Assembly: GCA_046331685.1 (NCBI GenBank)
Contig: JAXLQI010000003.1
Span: 102,960-166,959, forward strand
From: Candidatus Micrarchaeia archaeon
GTDB taxonomy: Archaea; Micrarchaeota; Micrarchaeia; Anstonellales; Bilamarchaeaceae
Direction: 5' to 3'
Length of the DNA stretch: 64,000 nucleotides
Part shown: positions 10,148 to 18,464 of the stretch, piece after piece
Numbering within the stretch: position 1 is the first letter of the stretch
How the letters are laid out: each line of letters opens with the position of its first letter
Position numbers and translations under genes: made by a program
Notes under the pieces: model-generated
The model's input: the letters and a program-made list of their open reading frames with translations, nothing else
Databases searched by the model: none
Told to the model about the DNA's origin: nothing

Positions 10148-11098
10148 ATGCAGATGCTCAGGCACCCGGCCGTAAAGGCGACCAGAACCAGGTTCTCCGC
10201 CGCCCTCCTCATCGCAGGCTCGATCCTCCCGTCGTGCATGCCGAAGGAGCAGCCTAAGCTCTTCCCTCCTCCGGACTGCTCGGATATGACGATGACTGTC
10301 GAGCAGATCGACGCCTGCTGGGCAGCGAAAGAATCGTTCGTCCCGCTTTATCCTGTCACGCGGGCAGAAGCAGCGGACCGGCAGCCTGACGCCGGCCCCG
10401 CCATGAAGGTCGCGATCCCTCCAGGGTGCGCCGAGAACATGTCCAGGGTGGGTCCCTTCTGCATAGACCGGTATGAGGCATATGTCGTCTCGGTGAGCTC
10501 TCCCGAAGGGACCGCCCACCCGTTCAACGAGCCGCTGGGATCCGGCCGATTCATCGCGAAGTCCGCGCCGGGCGTCTTCCCCCAGGCGCACATCAGCGGC
10601 GAGCAGGCTTCGGACGCCTGCATGAACGCCGGCAAGAGGCTCTGCACCATGGCCGAATGGCAGAGCGCCTGCATGGGAAGCCGCGGTTTCGCTTATCCAT
10701 ACGGCAACGAGAAGATGAGCGGCACCTGCAATTCCGGCAAGAGATGGGGCCCGGGGCTCCTTTCCGGCGGCCCGTCCTACAACCTCAACGACCCCCGCCT
10801 GAATCTCCTCGAAGGCGGGCTGGCGAGAAGCGGAGAATATGATCTGTGCGTCAGCGATCACAACGTCTACGACATGGTCGGCAACCTGCACGAGTGGGTG
10901 AGCACACGTGTGGACCAGTCCATGGTCGGTTCTGGGAAGACCAACATCCCCGGCCTCTATGTGGTGGCGGGCAACGGGATATTCATGGGCGGGTTCTATA
11001 CGCTCGATGCGAGCTGCCGTTATAAGATAATCGCCCACCCGTTCAGCCACTACGATTACTCGACCGGCTTCAGATGCTGCATGGACCCGAAGAAATAG
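10148..11098 (+). CDS. Secreted lipoprotein with an FGE-sulfatase (SUMF1/EgtB-like) domain
   Basis: Signal peptide plus Cys lipobox. Family-like motifs CIDRYE, YPYGNE, the GNLHEWV-type (GNVWEW-like) and a C-terminal FRCC. Confidence 0.6.
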   Translation: MQMLRHPAVKATRTRFSAALLIAGSILPSCMPKEQPKLFPPPDCSDMTMTVEQIDACWAAKESFVPLYPVTRAEAADRQPDAGPAMKVAIPPGCAENMSRVGPFCIDRYEAYVVSVSSPEGTAHPFNEPLGSGRFIAKSAPGVFPQAHISGEQASDACMNAGKRLCTMAEWQSACMGSRGFAYPYGNEKMSGTCNSGKRWGPGLLSGGPSYNLNDPRLNLLEGGLARSGEYDLCVSDHNVYDMVGNLHEWVSTRVDQSMVGSGKTNIPGLYVVAGNGIFMGGFYTLDASCRYKIIAHPFSHYDYSTGFRCCMDPKK

Positions 11099-11129
11099 TA
11101 TTAAAACAAGTTGGAAATATTCTCTTTTT

Positions 11130-11921
11130 ATGGCAGTGAAGAATCCCCTGGCCCAGGCGGCTCTCTCGAGCGCCAGGTTCGCGAAAAGAAGGATGTTCCA
11201 GCCCCCCGTGCAGATAGAGACGATAATCGTCGACGTGGACCGCACGCTCACGCGGGAGGATTCCCCGAAGCTCGCCCTGGAGAGCCTTGCCGGAAAAGAG
11301 GCGGCCCATAAGGTCTTCGACAGGATACTGAATGATGTGGTCCTGGGAAGGCTGAAGCTCGGCGATGTGCATTCGACGGTGTTCCGCGAGCTCTATTCAC
11401 GCGGATTCAAGACCTCGGACTGGGTGTCCATCATGGAGGATCTTGAGCGTTCCGGCGGCCTCAAGAGCGAGCTCATCGGAGAGCTTCAGGGCCTCGCAGG
11501 GCGCGGAGTCACCGTTGTCCTCGCCACGAGGGCTTCATATGAGAGCGCCAGATGGATCGCAGGGCGGTTCGGATTCCATCACGCGATCGGAAGCGTTGAG
11601 CGGGTGAACGGCGTGTTCCAGGGATTCGACCTCGTGATCGGAGCGAAAGATGAAGGAGACCATTCGATGACCAAGCTGACCGCCGCGCGGAAGGCATTGG
11701 CGGCATCATCAAAGACGCTCGACCCTGGGAGGACCGCCGTAATCGCGAACGATCTCCTCGACGCCCTTGAGATGCTGGAGTGCTCTCGGGGCATCCTCGT
11801 CATGCCTTCCCCGCCCAACCGGCTGGAGAAGCTGACCATGGCGCTGAGGCTCTACGACGTCCTGATACGTGAGCAGGATGTCGTTTCCTGCCTGAAGCCT
11901 TCCCTGGGCTTCGGGGGCTGA
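11130..11921 (+). CDS. HAD-superfamily hydrolase
   Basis: Motif I IIVDVDRTLT (DxDxT). Rossmann-like remainder. 263 aa. Confidence 0.55.
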   Translation: MAVKNPLAQAALSSARFAKRRMFQPPVQIETIIVDVDRTLTREDSPKLALESLAGKEAAHKVFDRILNDVVLGRLKLGDVHSTVFRELYSRGFKTSDWVSIMEDLERSGGLKSELIGELQGLAGRGVTVVLATRASYESARWIAGRFGFHHAIGSVERVNGVFQGFDLVIGAKDEGDHSMTKLTAARKALAASSKTLDPGRTAVIANDLLDALEMLECSRGILVMPSPPNRLEKLTMALRLYDVLIREQDVVSCLKPSLGFGG

Positions 11922-12009
11922 AAATCGGCTAGGCGGCGAGGGTGGGGGATAGAACAACTCTTGTATCCTTTTTTTCCCACTATATTTAAAAACTGGGGCG
12001 GCCACATCC

Positions 12010-12966
12010 TTGTCCATGATAACGGCAAGCCGGACCAGGAGTTTGCACGACCGTGCCCAGGGTACGATCATCGGAGCTGCGATAGGAGACGCCCTCGGCA
12101 TGCCGACCGAAGGGATCTCGAAAAGGACGCTGGAAGGAAGCTACGGTGGGAAGGTCAGCAGCTTCCAGCGGGCCCTCGGCGGTCACCCATGCAGCCATCT
12201 CCGAGCCGGCCAGTACACCGATGACACGCAGCAGCTCATCATCCTCGCGGAATCGCTGGCCGAACGGGGCGGGTTCGATCTGGATGATTTCGGACGCCGT
12301 CTTGCGTTATGGGGCAGGCGCTGCAGGCACGAGCCGGGTTACGACAGGTACGCCGGAACCTCCAGTCTGGACGCAGCGGACAGGCTCACGGCAGGCATCT
12401 CCCCGCTCAAAAGCAGCGGGGCTGGCGTGACATCCTGCGGCTCTGTGATGCGCGTGGCCCCGGTAGGCATCTTTTTCAAGGATTTCGGCGAAGCTTTGAG
12501 GGAAGCGCGGTTCTCCAGCGTCCCCACCCACGATTCCGATGTATGCAAGGATGCCGCCGGAGCCGTGGCCGGCATAATCAACCTGATAGCGAGGCAGGAT
12601 CTCCATCCGTTCAACGCAGCCCGCAAGGCTCTTGATATGATAACCGAACCGATCATACGGGAGAAGATGAAGCTTGCCATGGATATGGCCGGGGCATCTC
12701 CCGAGGATGCGGCAACGGCTATCGGGACCGGATGCAGCGCTTCGTCGACCGCCTCCTTCGCGATCTACTGCGTCCTCAGTTCCCCGGATGATTTCGAGAA
12801 AACGGTCATAACAGCGGCCAACTCTGTCCCTGGCGACACCGATTCGATAGCGTGCATCGCAGGGGCGATCTCCGGCGCATACAACGGCCTCTCTTCAATA
12901 CCGCCGAGATTCCTTTCAGTGGAGAACTTCGATTACCTGCGTTCCCTCTCTTCGAGGCTTGTCTGA
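12010..12966 (+). CDS. ADP-ribosylglycohydrolase family protein (DraG/ARH-like)
   Basis: GAAIGDALGMPTEG signature and overall ARH-like sequence. 318 aa. Confidence 0.8.
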   Translation: MSMITASRTRSLHDRAQGTIIGAAIGDALGMPTEGISKRTLEGSYGGKVSSFQRALGGHPCSHLRAGQYTDDTQQLIILAESLAERGGFDLDDFGRRLALWGRRCRHEPGYDRYAGTSSLDAADRLTAGISPLKSSGAGVTSCGSVMRVAPVGIFFKDFGEALREARFSSVPTHDSDVCKDAAGAVAGIINLIARQDLHPFNAARKALDMITEPIIREKMKLAMDMAGASPEDAATAIGTGCSASSTASFAIYCVLSSPDDFEKTVITAANSVPGDTDSIACIAGAISGAYNGLSSIPPRFLSVENFDYLRSLSSRLV

Positions 12967-12968
12967 AC

Positions 12969-13658
12969 TCAGCGCAATTCGTACTCGTAGCTCACTGCCC
13001 TCATGCTCTGCCCTTCTGACGGGGTGAAAGACACCCTGAACCTCAGGGGCCTCTCGGGCCGTGCGGTGATATCGCATCCGTCGGTGCCGATCCTCTCGCA
13101 ACCGGGCATCGCGACGAATCCGCCGCCCTCGGCGTTGAGATATTCAAGGCTGAGACGGGCTCCCTGGAGCTCGTGGGATGCCACGGCGCATTTCCCTTCC
13201 CCTTCGCACGGTGGGCTGTCTATCACGTATGCCCTGGCCGTGATCCTATCCAAACCCTCGTGGCTCTGGTCGAGCGCGCATTCTATGGCGATATCGCCAT
13301 TTTGCCATTGGGTCAGGCTGCGCAGGGGAGTGATCCTCGGATCCGGGCTTCCGGTCCTCCCTTGGTCCGAGTCGCCTGAGGTCATGACGACCCCGTTCGC
13401 CGCGCTCTGGCAGTCCTCGATCTGTTCGATGGTGAGCATCATGCTGTCGCAGTCCACAGACGGGCTGCCCGGGCGGATCTCGGCCGTGTTTCCAGCGCAG
13501 CCGGTGATTATCGATGCCGCGAGGGCTTCTGAGAGAATCCTTCCGATCGCGCGCGGCCGCGCCCCATTAATGCCGGTCCGTTGCTGTCCTTCTTTCTTCA
13601 AAAGTGCCATAGTGAGCCTCCTTGAGGGTATGTTGCTGTTTCGTATTTTAAATACCAC
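12969..13658 (-). CDS. Secreted lipoprotein, hypothetical. The true start is probably the internal Met at about 13610.
   Basis: MALLKK...ASIITGC gives a signal peptide plus lipobox. It shares the post-lipobox module DCDSMMLTIEQIEDC with the FGE-like lipoprotein at 10148. Confidence 0.5.
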   Translation of the reverse strand: MVFKIRNSNIPSRRLTMALLKKEGQQRTGINGARPRAIGRILSEALAASIITGCAGNTAEIRPGSPSVDCDSMMLTIEQIEDCQSAANGVVMTSGDSDQGRTGSPDPRITPLRSLTQWQNGDIAIECALDQSHEGLDRITARAYVIDSPPCEGEGKCAVASHELQGARLSLEYLNAEGGGFVAMPGCERIGTDGCDITARPERPLRFRVSFTPSEGQSMRAVSYEYELR

Positions 13659-13707
13659 TGTTTAACACAGAATAAGCCCCGCATTGAGCCTTGAAAATTG
13701 TCCATGG

Positions 13708-13926
13708 CGAGCCTTAAGGGCGTTTTTTCCTTGCTAGTTTTTGCCAAAATTTCGCGACAAAGCGAAATTTTTAGCATGGCAAGAACGTCGAAACGTTCTT
13801 GACTGCCATTGTTGCCATGCAACAATAGCAAAAACAAAACGCCTTGTTTTTGAACTTTCGTTCAAAACAGTCGTTTTGGTTCTTAAGGTGGTTCACCGCG
13901 AGCCTCAAGGGCGAGCGCAGTGAACC
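13708..13926. repeat. AT-rich palindrome-dense element flanked by imperfect 17-bp direct repeats, adjacent to the tRNA-Asp 3' end
   Basis: Six consecutive perfect short hairpins at 13747-13878. Direct repeats gcgagccttaagggcg and gcgagcctcaagggcg. The tRNA 3'-end string caaaacgccttg is duplicated at 13834-13845. Confidence 0.5.
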
Positions 13927-13930
13927 AAAA

Positions 13931-14038
13931 CGCCTTGACCGGGATTCGAACCCGGGTCGCGAGAGTGACAGTCTCGTATGCTAGACCACAGAGCGCCCTG
14001 AGCGGTTTCAAACGCTGGGGGCTCTACACTATCAAGGC
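13931..14038 (-). tRNA. tRNA-Asp(GUC) with a putative 35-nt non-canonical intron in the D-loop
   Basis: The 7/7 acceptor stem GCCUUGA/UCAAGGC pairs across 108 nt. T-arm CCGGG-UUCGAAU-CCCGG. Anticodon arm CGAGA-CUGUCAC-UCUCG. Removing 13989-14023 gives a 73-nt cloverleaf with D-loop AGUGGUCUA. Confidence 0.7.
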
Positions 14039-14067
14039 AAAGTAGTTAATCGATTCTACTGAATTAG

Positions 14068-14077
14068 TTTTAAAAAC
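14068..14077 (-). promoter_or_regulatory. TATA box for tRNA-Asp
   Basis: gtttttaaaac lies about 30 nt upstream of the tRNA 5' end on the minus strand. Confidence 0.5.
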
Positions 14078-14097
14078 AAATCGTTGTAACTGAACTC

Positions 14098-14451
14098 ATG
14101 CTCTCTCCATCGAAGAAAGATTCCCCGGTCCTCGCCGCCCTCGCATACGGTCTCGGAACTGTGATCGCGGTGATAATCTACCTGGTCGGGAAGGAAGACA
14201 AGTGGGTCAAGTTCAACGCGCTCCAGGCATTGCTCTTCGATCTCGCCTTCGGCATCGTTTTCATTGGGTTCTTCATCGTCGCCTGGGTGCTCACGATCGT
14301 GACGTTCGGGATCGGCGCGATCTGCATCATCCCCCTCATACTCCTGGTCCCGCTCGTGCTGATAATAAGGCTCTGGCTCGCCTACCGCGCGTTCAAGGGA
14401 GAGTATTTCGAGCTTCCCGCGATCGGCCAGTTCGCCCTAAAATACGTCTGA
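14098..14451 (+). CDS. DUF4870-family small membrane protein
   Basis: AALAYGLGTVIAVIIYLVGKEDKWVKFNALQAL pattern plus two TM helices. 117 aa. Confidence 0.65.
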   Translation: MLSPSKKDSPVLAALAYGLGTVIAVIIYLVGKEDKWVKFNALQALLFDLAFGIVFIGFFIVAWVLTIVTFGIGAICIIPLILLVPLVLIIRLWLAYRAFKGEYFELPAIGQFALKYV

Positions 14452-14456
14452 TCCGC

Positions 14457-15323
14457 ATGATCGACCTCCACGCGCACACTTCGGCGAGCGATGGATCGCT
14501 CTCGTTCTCGGAGCTCGTGACCGAAGCCAAGCGGGTCGGGCTGAGGGCCCTCGCGATCACAGACCACGACACGGTCAGGTGCGCGTCGATGATCAGGCCG
14601 GGTGCCTCAGTGCCGCTCCTGATCCCCGGAGCGGAGCTGACCGTCTTCGACGAAGGGCTGGGATACAAGGATATCCACATACTCGGCCTTTTCCTTGATA
14701 CGTCGGATGCGGCTCTCAATTCCAGGCTCAGCCTGCTCGAGAGCGACCGCCTCGCGCAGAAGAGAGCGACTGTTGCGCGCCTGCGCGAGCTGGGGTACGA
14801 CCTGGATTTCGAGGAAGTGCGGAGGGAAGCCTCCGGGGCGGTAGGCAGGCCGCACATCGCGAAGGCCCTCCTGAGGAAGTATCCGGGCGAGTTCAAGTCC
14901 GTCTCGGAGGTCTTCCAGAAGCTCCTTGCCCGGGGGAAGGAGGGGTACGTCGAGCGGGAGGCGGGCTTCAGCCTGAGGGAATCCGTCGACCTCATACATG
15001 GGGCCGGAGGCCTCGCTTTCGTGGCCCATCCGCTCCTTTACCCCTACGACAGCGTGAAGCTCCTCGAGGATTTCAGGTCGCTCGGCGGCGATGGCGTCGA
15101 GGTCTACTACGATTACATCAAAAACCGTCCGGAGGAGAGGATAAGCGCGGCTGAAAACACGCGCATCATCGAACGTTACCAGGGGCTGGCCCGCGATCTC
15201 GGCCTCCTCGAGAGCGGAGGGAGCGATTTCCACGGTGCGGCCAAGGGCCAGGCTCTCGGCGTTTTCGGGGCCCCGGACCAGGTGCTTGACCGGCTCACCG
15301 CAGCTCTAAGAAAACCTTTATAA
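14457..15323 (+). CDS. PHP-domain (polymerase/histidinol phosphatase) phosphoesterase
   Basis: MIDLHAHTSASDG and ALAITDHDT motifs. The start was trimmed to the ATG at 14457, since the track ORF begins at 14202 in-frame through the upstream gene. Confidence 0.75.
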   Translation: MIDLHAHTSASDGSLSFSELVTEAKRVGLRALAITDHDTVRCASMIRPGASVPLLIPGAELTVFDEGLGYKDIHILGLFLDTSDAALNSRLSLLESDRLAQKRATVARLRELGYDLDFEEVRREASGAVGRPHIAKALLRKYPGEFKSVSEVFQKLLARGKEGYVEREAGFSLRESVDLIHGAGGLAFVAHPLLYPYDSVKLLEDFRSLGGDGVEVYYDYIKNRPEERISAAENTRIIERYQGLARDLGLLESGGSDFHGAAKGQALGVFGAPDQVLDRLTAALRKPL

Positions 15324-15411
15324 TCAGCCTTCTCAAATCTATTAACTGGTTCTAATCCGCAGCACCCCTCGTCATGACCGGGAGGCAGGCAAGGGAAAAG
15401 AGGATACCTCG

Positions 15412-16962
15412 ATGAAGATAAGACGGGCTCTCATCAGCGTCCACGACAAGGAAGGCATCGTCGACTTCGCGAGAGTGCTCTCCAGCCTCGGGATCGAGCT
15501 GATCTCGAGCGGAGGCACAGCGAAGATCCTCCGCGAGAACGGCCTGCAGGTGACCGAAGTGTCGGCAGTCACAGGCTCTCCCGAGATGATGGACGGCCGG
15601 GTAAAGACGATGCATCCGAAGATCCACGGGGCTATCCTCGCCGACCGGAACAGCAAGAAGCACCTCGCCGAGGCCAGGAAGAGCGGCATCGAGCTGATCG
15701 ACCTCGTGGTCGTGAACCTCTATCCTTTCGAGGAGACGATCCGGAAGGGCTCTTCGAAGAGGGAGATAATCGAGAATATAGATATCGGCGGCCCCGCCCT
15801 CCTGCGCGCCGCGGCGAAGAATTACCAGCATGTGGCTGCCGTCTGCAACCCGTCTCGCTACAAGGATGTGGCCGCTGAGATGAAAAGCTCCGGGGGTTGG
15901 CTCTCGGAGAAGACCCTCGAGCGCCTCGCGTTGGACACATGGGAGCATGTGGCGCACTACGATGTCATCATCGAGCAGCACTTCCGGAAGGCTTTCGGGT
16001 ACCAGGATGAGTTCCCGGAGTTCCTCAACCTCACATTCCACAAGAAGCAGGATCTCCGTTACGGGGAGAACCCGCACCAGCGCGCCTCGGTGTATCACGA
16101 CGACCTCTACCGGAACCCGTCATTCCTCGATGCCAAGCAGCTCCAGGGGAAGGAGATGTCGTACAACAACTTCCTCGACTGCAACGCAGCTTTCAAGCTT
16201 ATCCGGGAATTCGACGAGCCCACCGGAGTGATCGTGAAGCACAACAATCCCTGCGGGGTAGCATCGTCCGACCGGATCCTGGATGCCTTCAGGATGGCCA
16301 AATCAGTCGATCCGGAGGCGTCTTTCGGAGGTGTCGTGGCCCTGAACCGGAAGGTCGATGAGGCCCTCGCGCGGGAGATCACGAGCAAGTTCGTCGATAT
16401 CGTGATGGCGCCGGGCTTCGATGAGCGGGCCCTCGAGGTCCTCCGCGCCAAGAAGAACATGCGGGTGATGGAGCACCCCGGTGTGACGGCGAAGAGGGTC
16501 CCCTACCGCAAATACCGCTCGATCCTGGGGGGTTTGCTCGCCCAGGATGCCAATGTCAAGCTGATCGATCAGCTACGCATCGTGACGAGGCGCAAGCCGA
16601 CCGAAAGCGAGATGAAAGCGCTCATGTATGCCTGGAAGATCGTCAAATACGTCAAGTCGAACGCCATCGTCTACGCACGCGAGAACCGGGCCGTCGGGAT
16701 AGGGGCCGGCCAGATGAAGCGCGTGGATGCGACGAAGCTGGCCGCGATGATAGCCAAAGACTACGGCGGGGACGTCCGCGGCTGCGCGATGGCAAGCGAC
16801 GCGTTCTTCCCGTTCCGTGACGGAATAGACTATGCCGCGAAGCTGGGCATAAGCGCGATAATCCAGCCCGGCGGATCGATCCGCGACGATGAGGTCATCA
16901 AGGCTGCGGATGAGCACGGCATCGCGATGGTCTTCACCGGGATACGGCACTTCAGGCACTAG
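15412..16962 (+). CDS. purH: Bifunctional AICAR transformylase / IMP cyclohydrolase PurH
   Basis: N-terminal MGS-like domain ([10 protein letters not shown]), an AICARFT domain and a conserved C-terminus. 516 aa. Confidence 0.95.
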   Translation: MKIRRALISVHDKEGIVDFARVLSSLGIELISSGGTAKILRENGLQVTEVSAVTGSPEMMDGRVKTMHPKIHGAILADRNSKKHLAEARKSGIELIDLVVVNLYPFEETIRKGSSKREIIENIDIGGPALLRAAAKNYQHVAAVCNPSRYKDVAAEMKSSGGWLSEKTLERLALDTWEHVAHYDVIIEQHFRKAFGYQDEFPEFLNLTFHKKQDLRYGENPHQRASVYHDDLYRNPSFLDAKQLQGKEMSYNNFLDCNAAFKLIREFDEPTGVIVKHNNPCGVASSDRILDAFRMAKSVDPEASFGGVVALNRKVDEALAREITSKFVDIVMAPGFDERALEVLRAKKNMRVMEHPGVTAKRVPYRKYRSILGGLLAQDANVKLIDQLRIVTRRKPTESEMKALMYAWKIVKYVKSNAIVYARENRAVGIGAGQMKRVDATKLAAMIAKDYGGDVRGCAMASDAFFPFRDGIDYAAKLGISAIIQPGGSIRDDEVIKAADEHGIAMVFTGIRHFRH

Positions 16963-17927
16963 GAGAACTCTTTTGCATATCTCTCCGCGAGCAGGACATA
17001 CCGGTCGATCCTCTCGCGCGGCTCGTCCGCCGGTTTCTGCAGCCATTCTATAGCGGCTATCTTCGCCCTCACATTGGCCCTGTAGCACTTATAGAACTGG
17101 AGCAATGCCTCGGCATCCTTATCGCCTGTCCTAGAGAGATATTCGCCCACGAAGGTCTCCGACAGGTCATCCCTTCCCGCGTATTCCAGGTCCATGGCCA
17201 TGAACGCGATATCGCTAGCAACGTCGATGCACCTGAAATCGGCGTTGAACTCGATGCAGTCTATGGCCCGGATCGGGTCGGTCAGGAAGACATTCGCGGT
17301 GTGCAGGTCGCCATGGCAGTCCCTGACAAACCCCCCGCCGGCCCTCCGCCTCAGGAGCCCGTCGTTCCTCTTCATGAACGCAGATGACTTGAGAAGTATG
17401 CTGTCCACCCACCTGCCGAGGCCGGATGCCTTCTCTATCGCTTCGCGGAAGTTGCCCAGGTCGCCGATCTGGGATGCGATCATCGCCGGGGAACCGAACC
17501 CGCCACGCGCTATCTCCGCCCGTTCATGGAACGATGCTACCATGCCGGCGATCGTCCGGACTTCATCAGCACCGACATTATCCTCCTTCAGGAGGAGGTC
17601 CATCCTCCTCCCCTGGTCCAGCCTCACCATCTTCACCGCGTGGTCGATGGCCCTGCCCCTCCCCTCTATCCGCAGCGTCCCGTCCTCTTCGGCGATCGGC
17701 ACGACGCCGAGGTAGACGTCCGGTGAGAGCCTGCTGTTGAGCCTGACCTCCTCCCTGCAGTAGAACTCCCTCAGCTCCATGGTGGAGAAATCGAGGAACG
17801 AGAATCTGAGCGGTTTCTTTATCTTGTAGACGTGCTCCTTGTCCATGAGCAGCCACGACACATGCGTCTCGATGCGCTCGAAGCCGTCCGAGATGGCGCT
17901 GACCTGTCCCTCATCCATATGACCCAC
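16959..17927 (-). CDS. Phosphotransferase-family kinase (APH/choline-kinase-like fold)
   Basis: Catalytic motif CHGDLHTANVF (HGDxxxxN) and a downstream IDxE-type segment. 322 aa. Confidence 0.6.
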   Translation of the reverse strand: MGHMDEGQVSAISDGFERIETHVSWLLMDKEHVYKIKKPLRFSFLDFSTMELREFYCREEVRLNSRLSPDVYLGVVPIAEEDGTLRIEGRGRAIDHAVKMVRLDQGRRMDLLLKEDNVGADEVRTIAGMVASFHERAEIARGGFGSPAMIASQIGDLGNFREAIEKASGLGRWVDSILLKSSAFMKRNDGLLRRRAGGGFVRDCHGDLHTANVFLTDPIRAIDCIEFNADFRCIDVASDIAFMAMDLEYAGRDDLSETFVGEYLSRTGDKDAEALLQFYKCYRANVRAKIAAIEWLQKPADEPRERIDRYVLLAERYAKEFS

Positions 17928-18423
17928 CTACGAACGCCTTCACCGCCTCGAGCCTTCTCCTCATCGGCGCCATCGAATCTATCCTCAGATGGGTCCCCTT
18001 TATCGGCTCGAACCCTTTTTTCATGCGGAGGTAGACTCCGAAATCAGCGTCGCTCGGCCCGCCCCTCCTCCTCCTGCCGAGCCTTTTCTCTGTCTCCGCC
18101 TCAGGCAGCTCGCACAATATGACGAATGACCGGGTCCCCCCTTCCCGCGCTATACGCAGGAACCCTTCCCTGATCGATTCCCTGTAGAACGTCGCATCCA
18201 CGACCGCATCCTTGCCGCTTCCTATCGCCTCCCGGCACAGATCCTCCATCCGCGCATAGACGGCGAGCTTCTCCTCTTCGGTGTAGGCCGGCTTAGGGAA
18301 AAGCCCCTTCCGCACCAGATCGCTGCTGATATGGGCCGCTCCGGTCTTATTGGCGAGAGCGCGGGCCAGGGAAGTCTTTCCGCTCCCCGGCAAACCGCAT
18401 ATGATTATAAGCATGTCAGTCAA
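17911..18423 (-). CDS. P-loop NTPase / small-molecule kinase-like ATP-binding protein
   Basis: Walker A GLPGSGKTS. 170 aa. It overlaps the downstream phosphotransferase gene by 17 nt, consistent with an operon. Confidence 0.6.
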   Translation of the reverse strand: MTDMLIIICGLPGSGKTSLARALANKTGAAHISSDLVRKGLFPKPAYTEEEKLAVYARMEDLCREAIGSGKDAVVDATFYRESIREGFLRIAREGGTRSFVILCELPEAETEKRLGRRRRGGPSDADFGVYLRMKKGFEPIKGTHLRIDSMAPMRRRLEAVKAFVGGSYG

Positions 18424-18464
18424 TACCTCTAGTAAATTTAATAAGCGACTTTTATGGTGATTGG

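Noticed and set aside
10073-11251. 392-aa minus-strand ORF
   Set aside because: It is antisense to the FGE-like lipoprotein gene and Arg/Ala/Gly-rich with no motifs. It is a GC-driven shadow ORF.
13003-13665. 220-aa plus-strand ORF
   Set aside because: It is antisense to the lipoprotein gene 12969..13658. Its Ser/Pro/Leu-rich translation lacks features.
14202-14456. 5' extension of the PHP phosphoesterase ORF (track start 14202)
   Set aside because: The extension runs through the DUF4870 gene in another frame and is Arg/His-rich. The conserved MIDLHAHT start at 14457 follows the upstream stop by 5 nt.
15352-16098. 248-aa minus-strand ORF
   Set aside because: It is antisense to purH, which is unambiguous.
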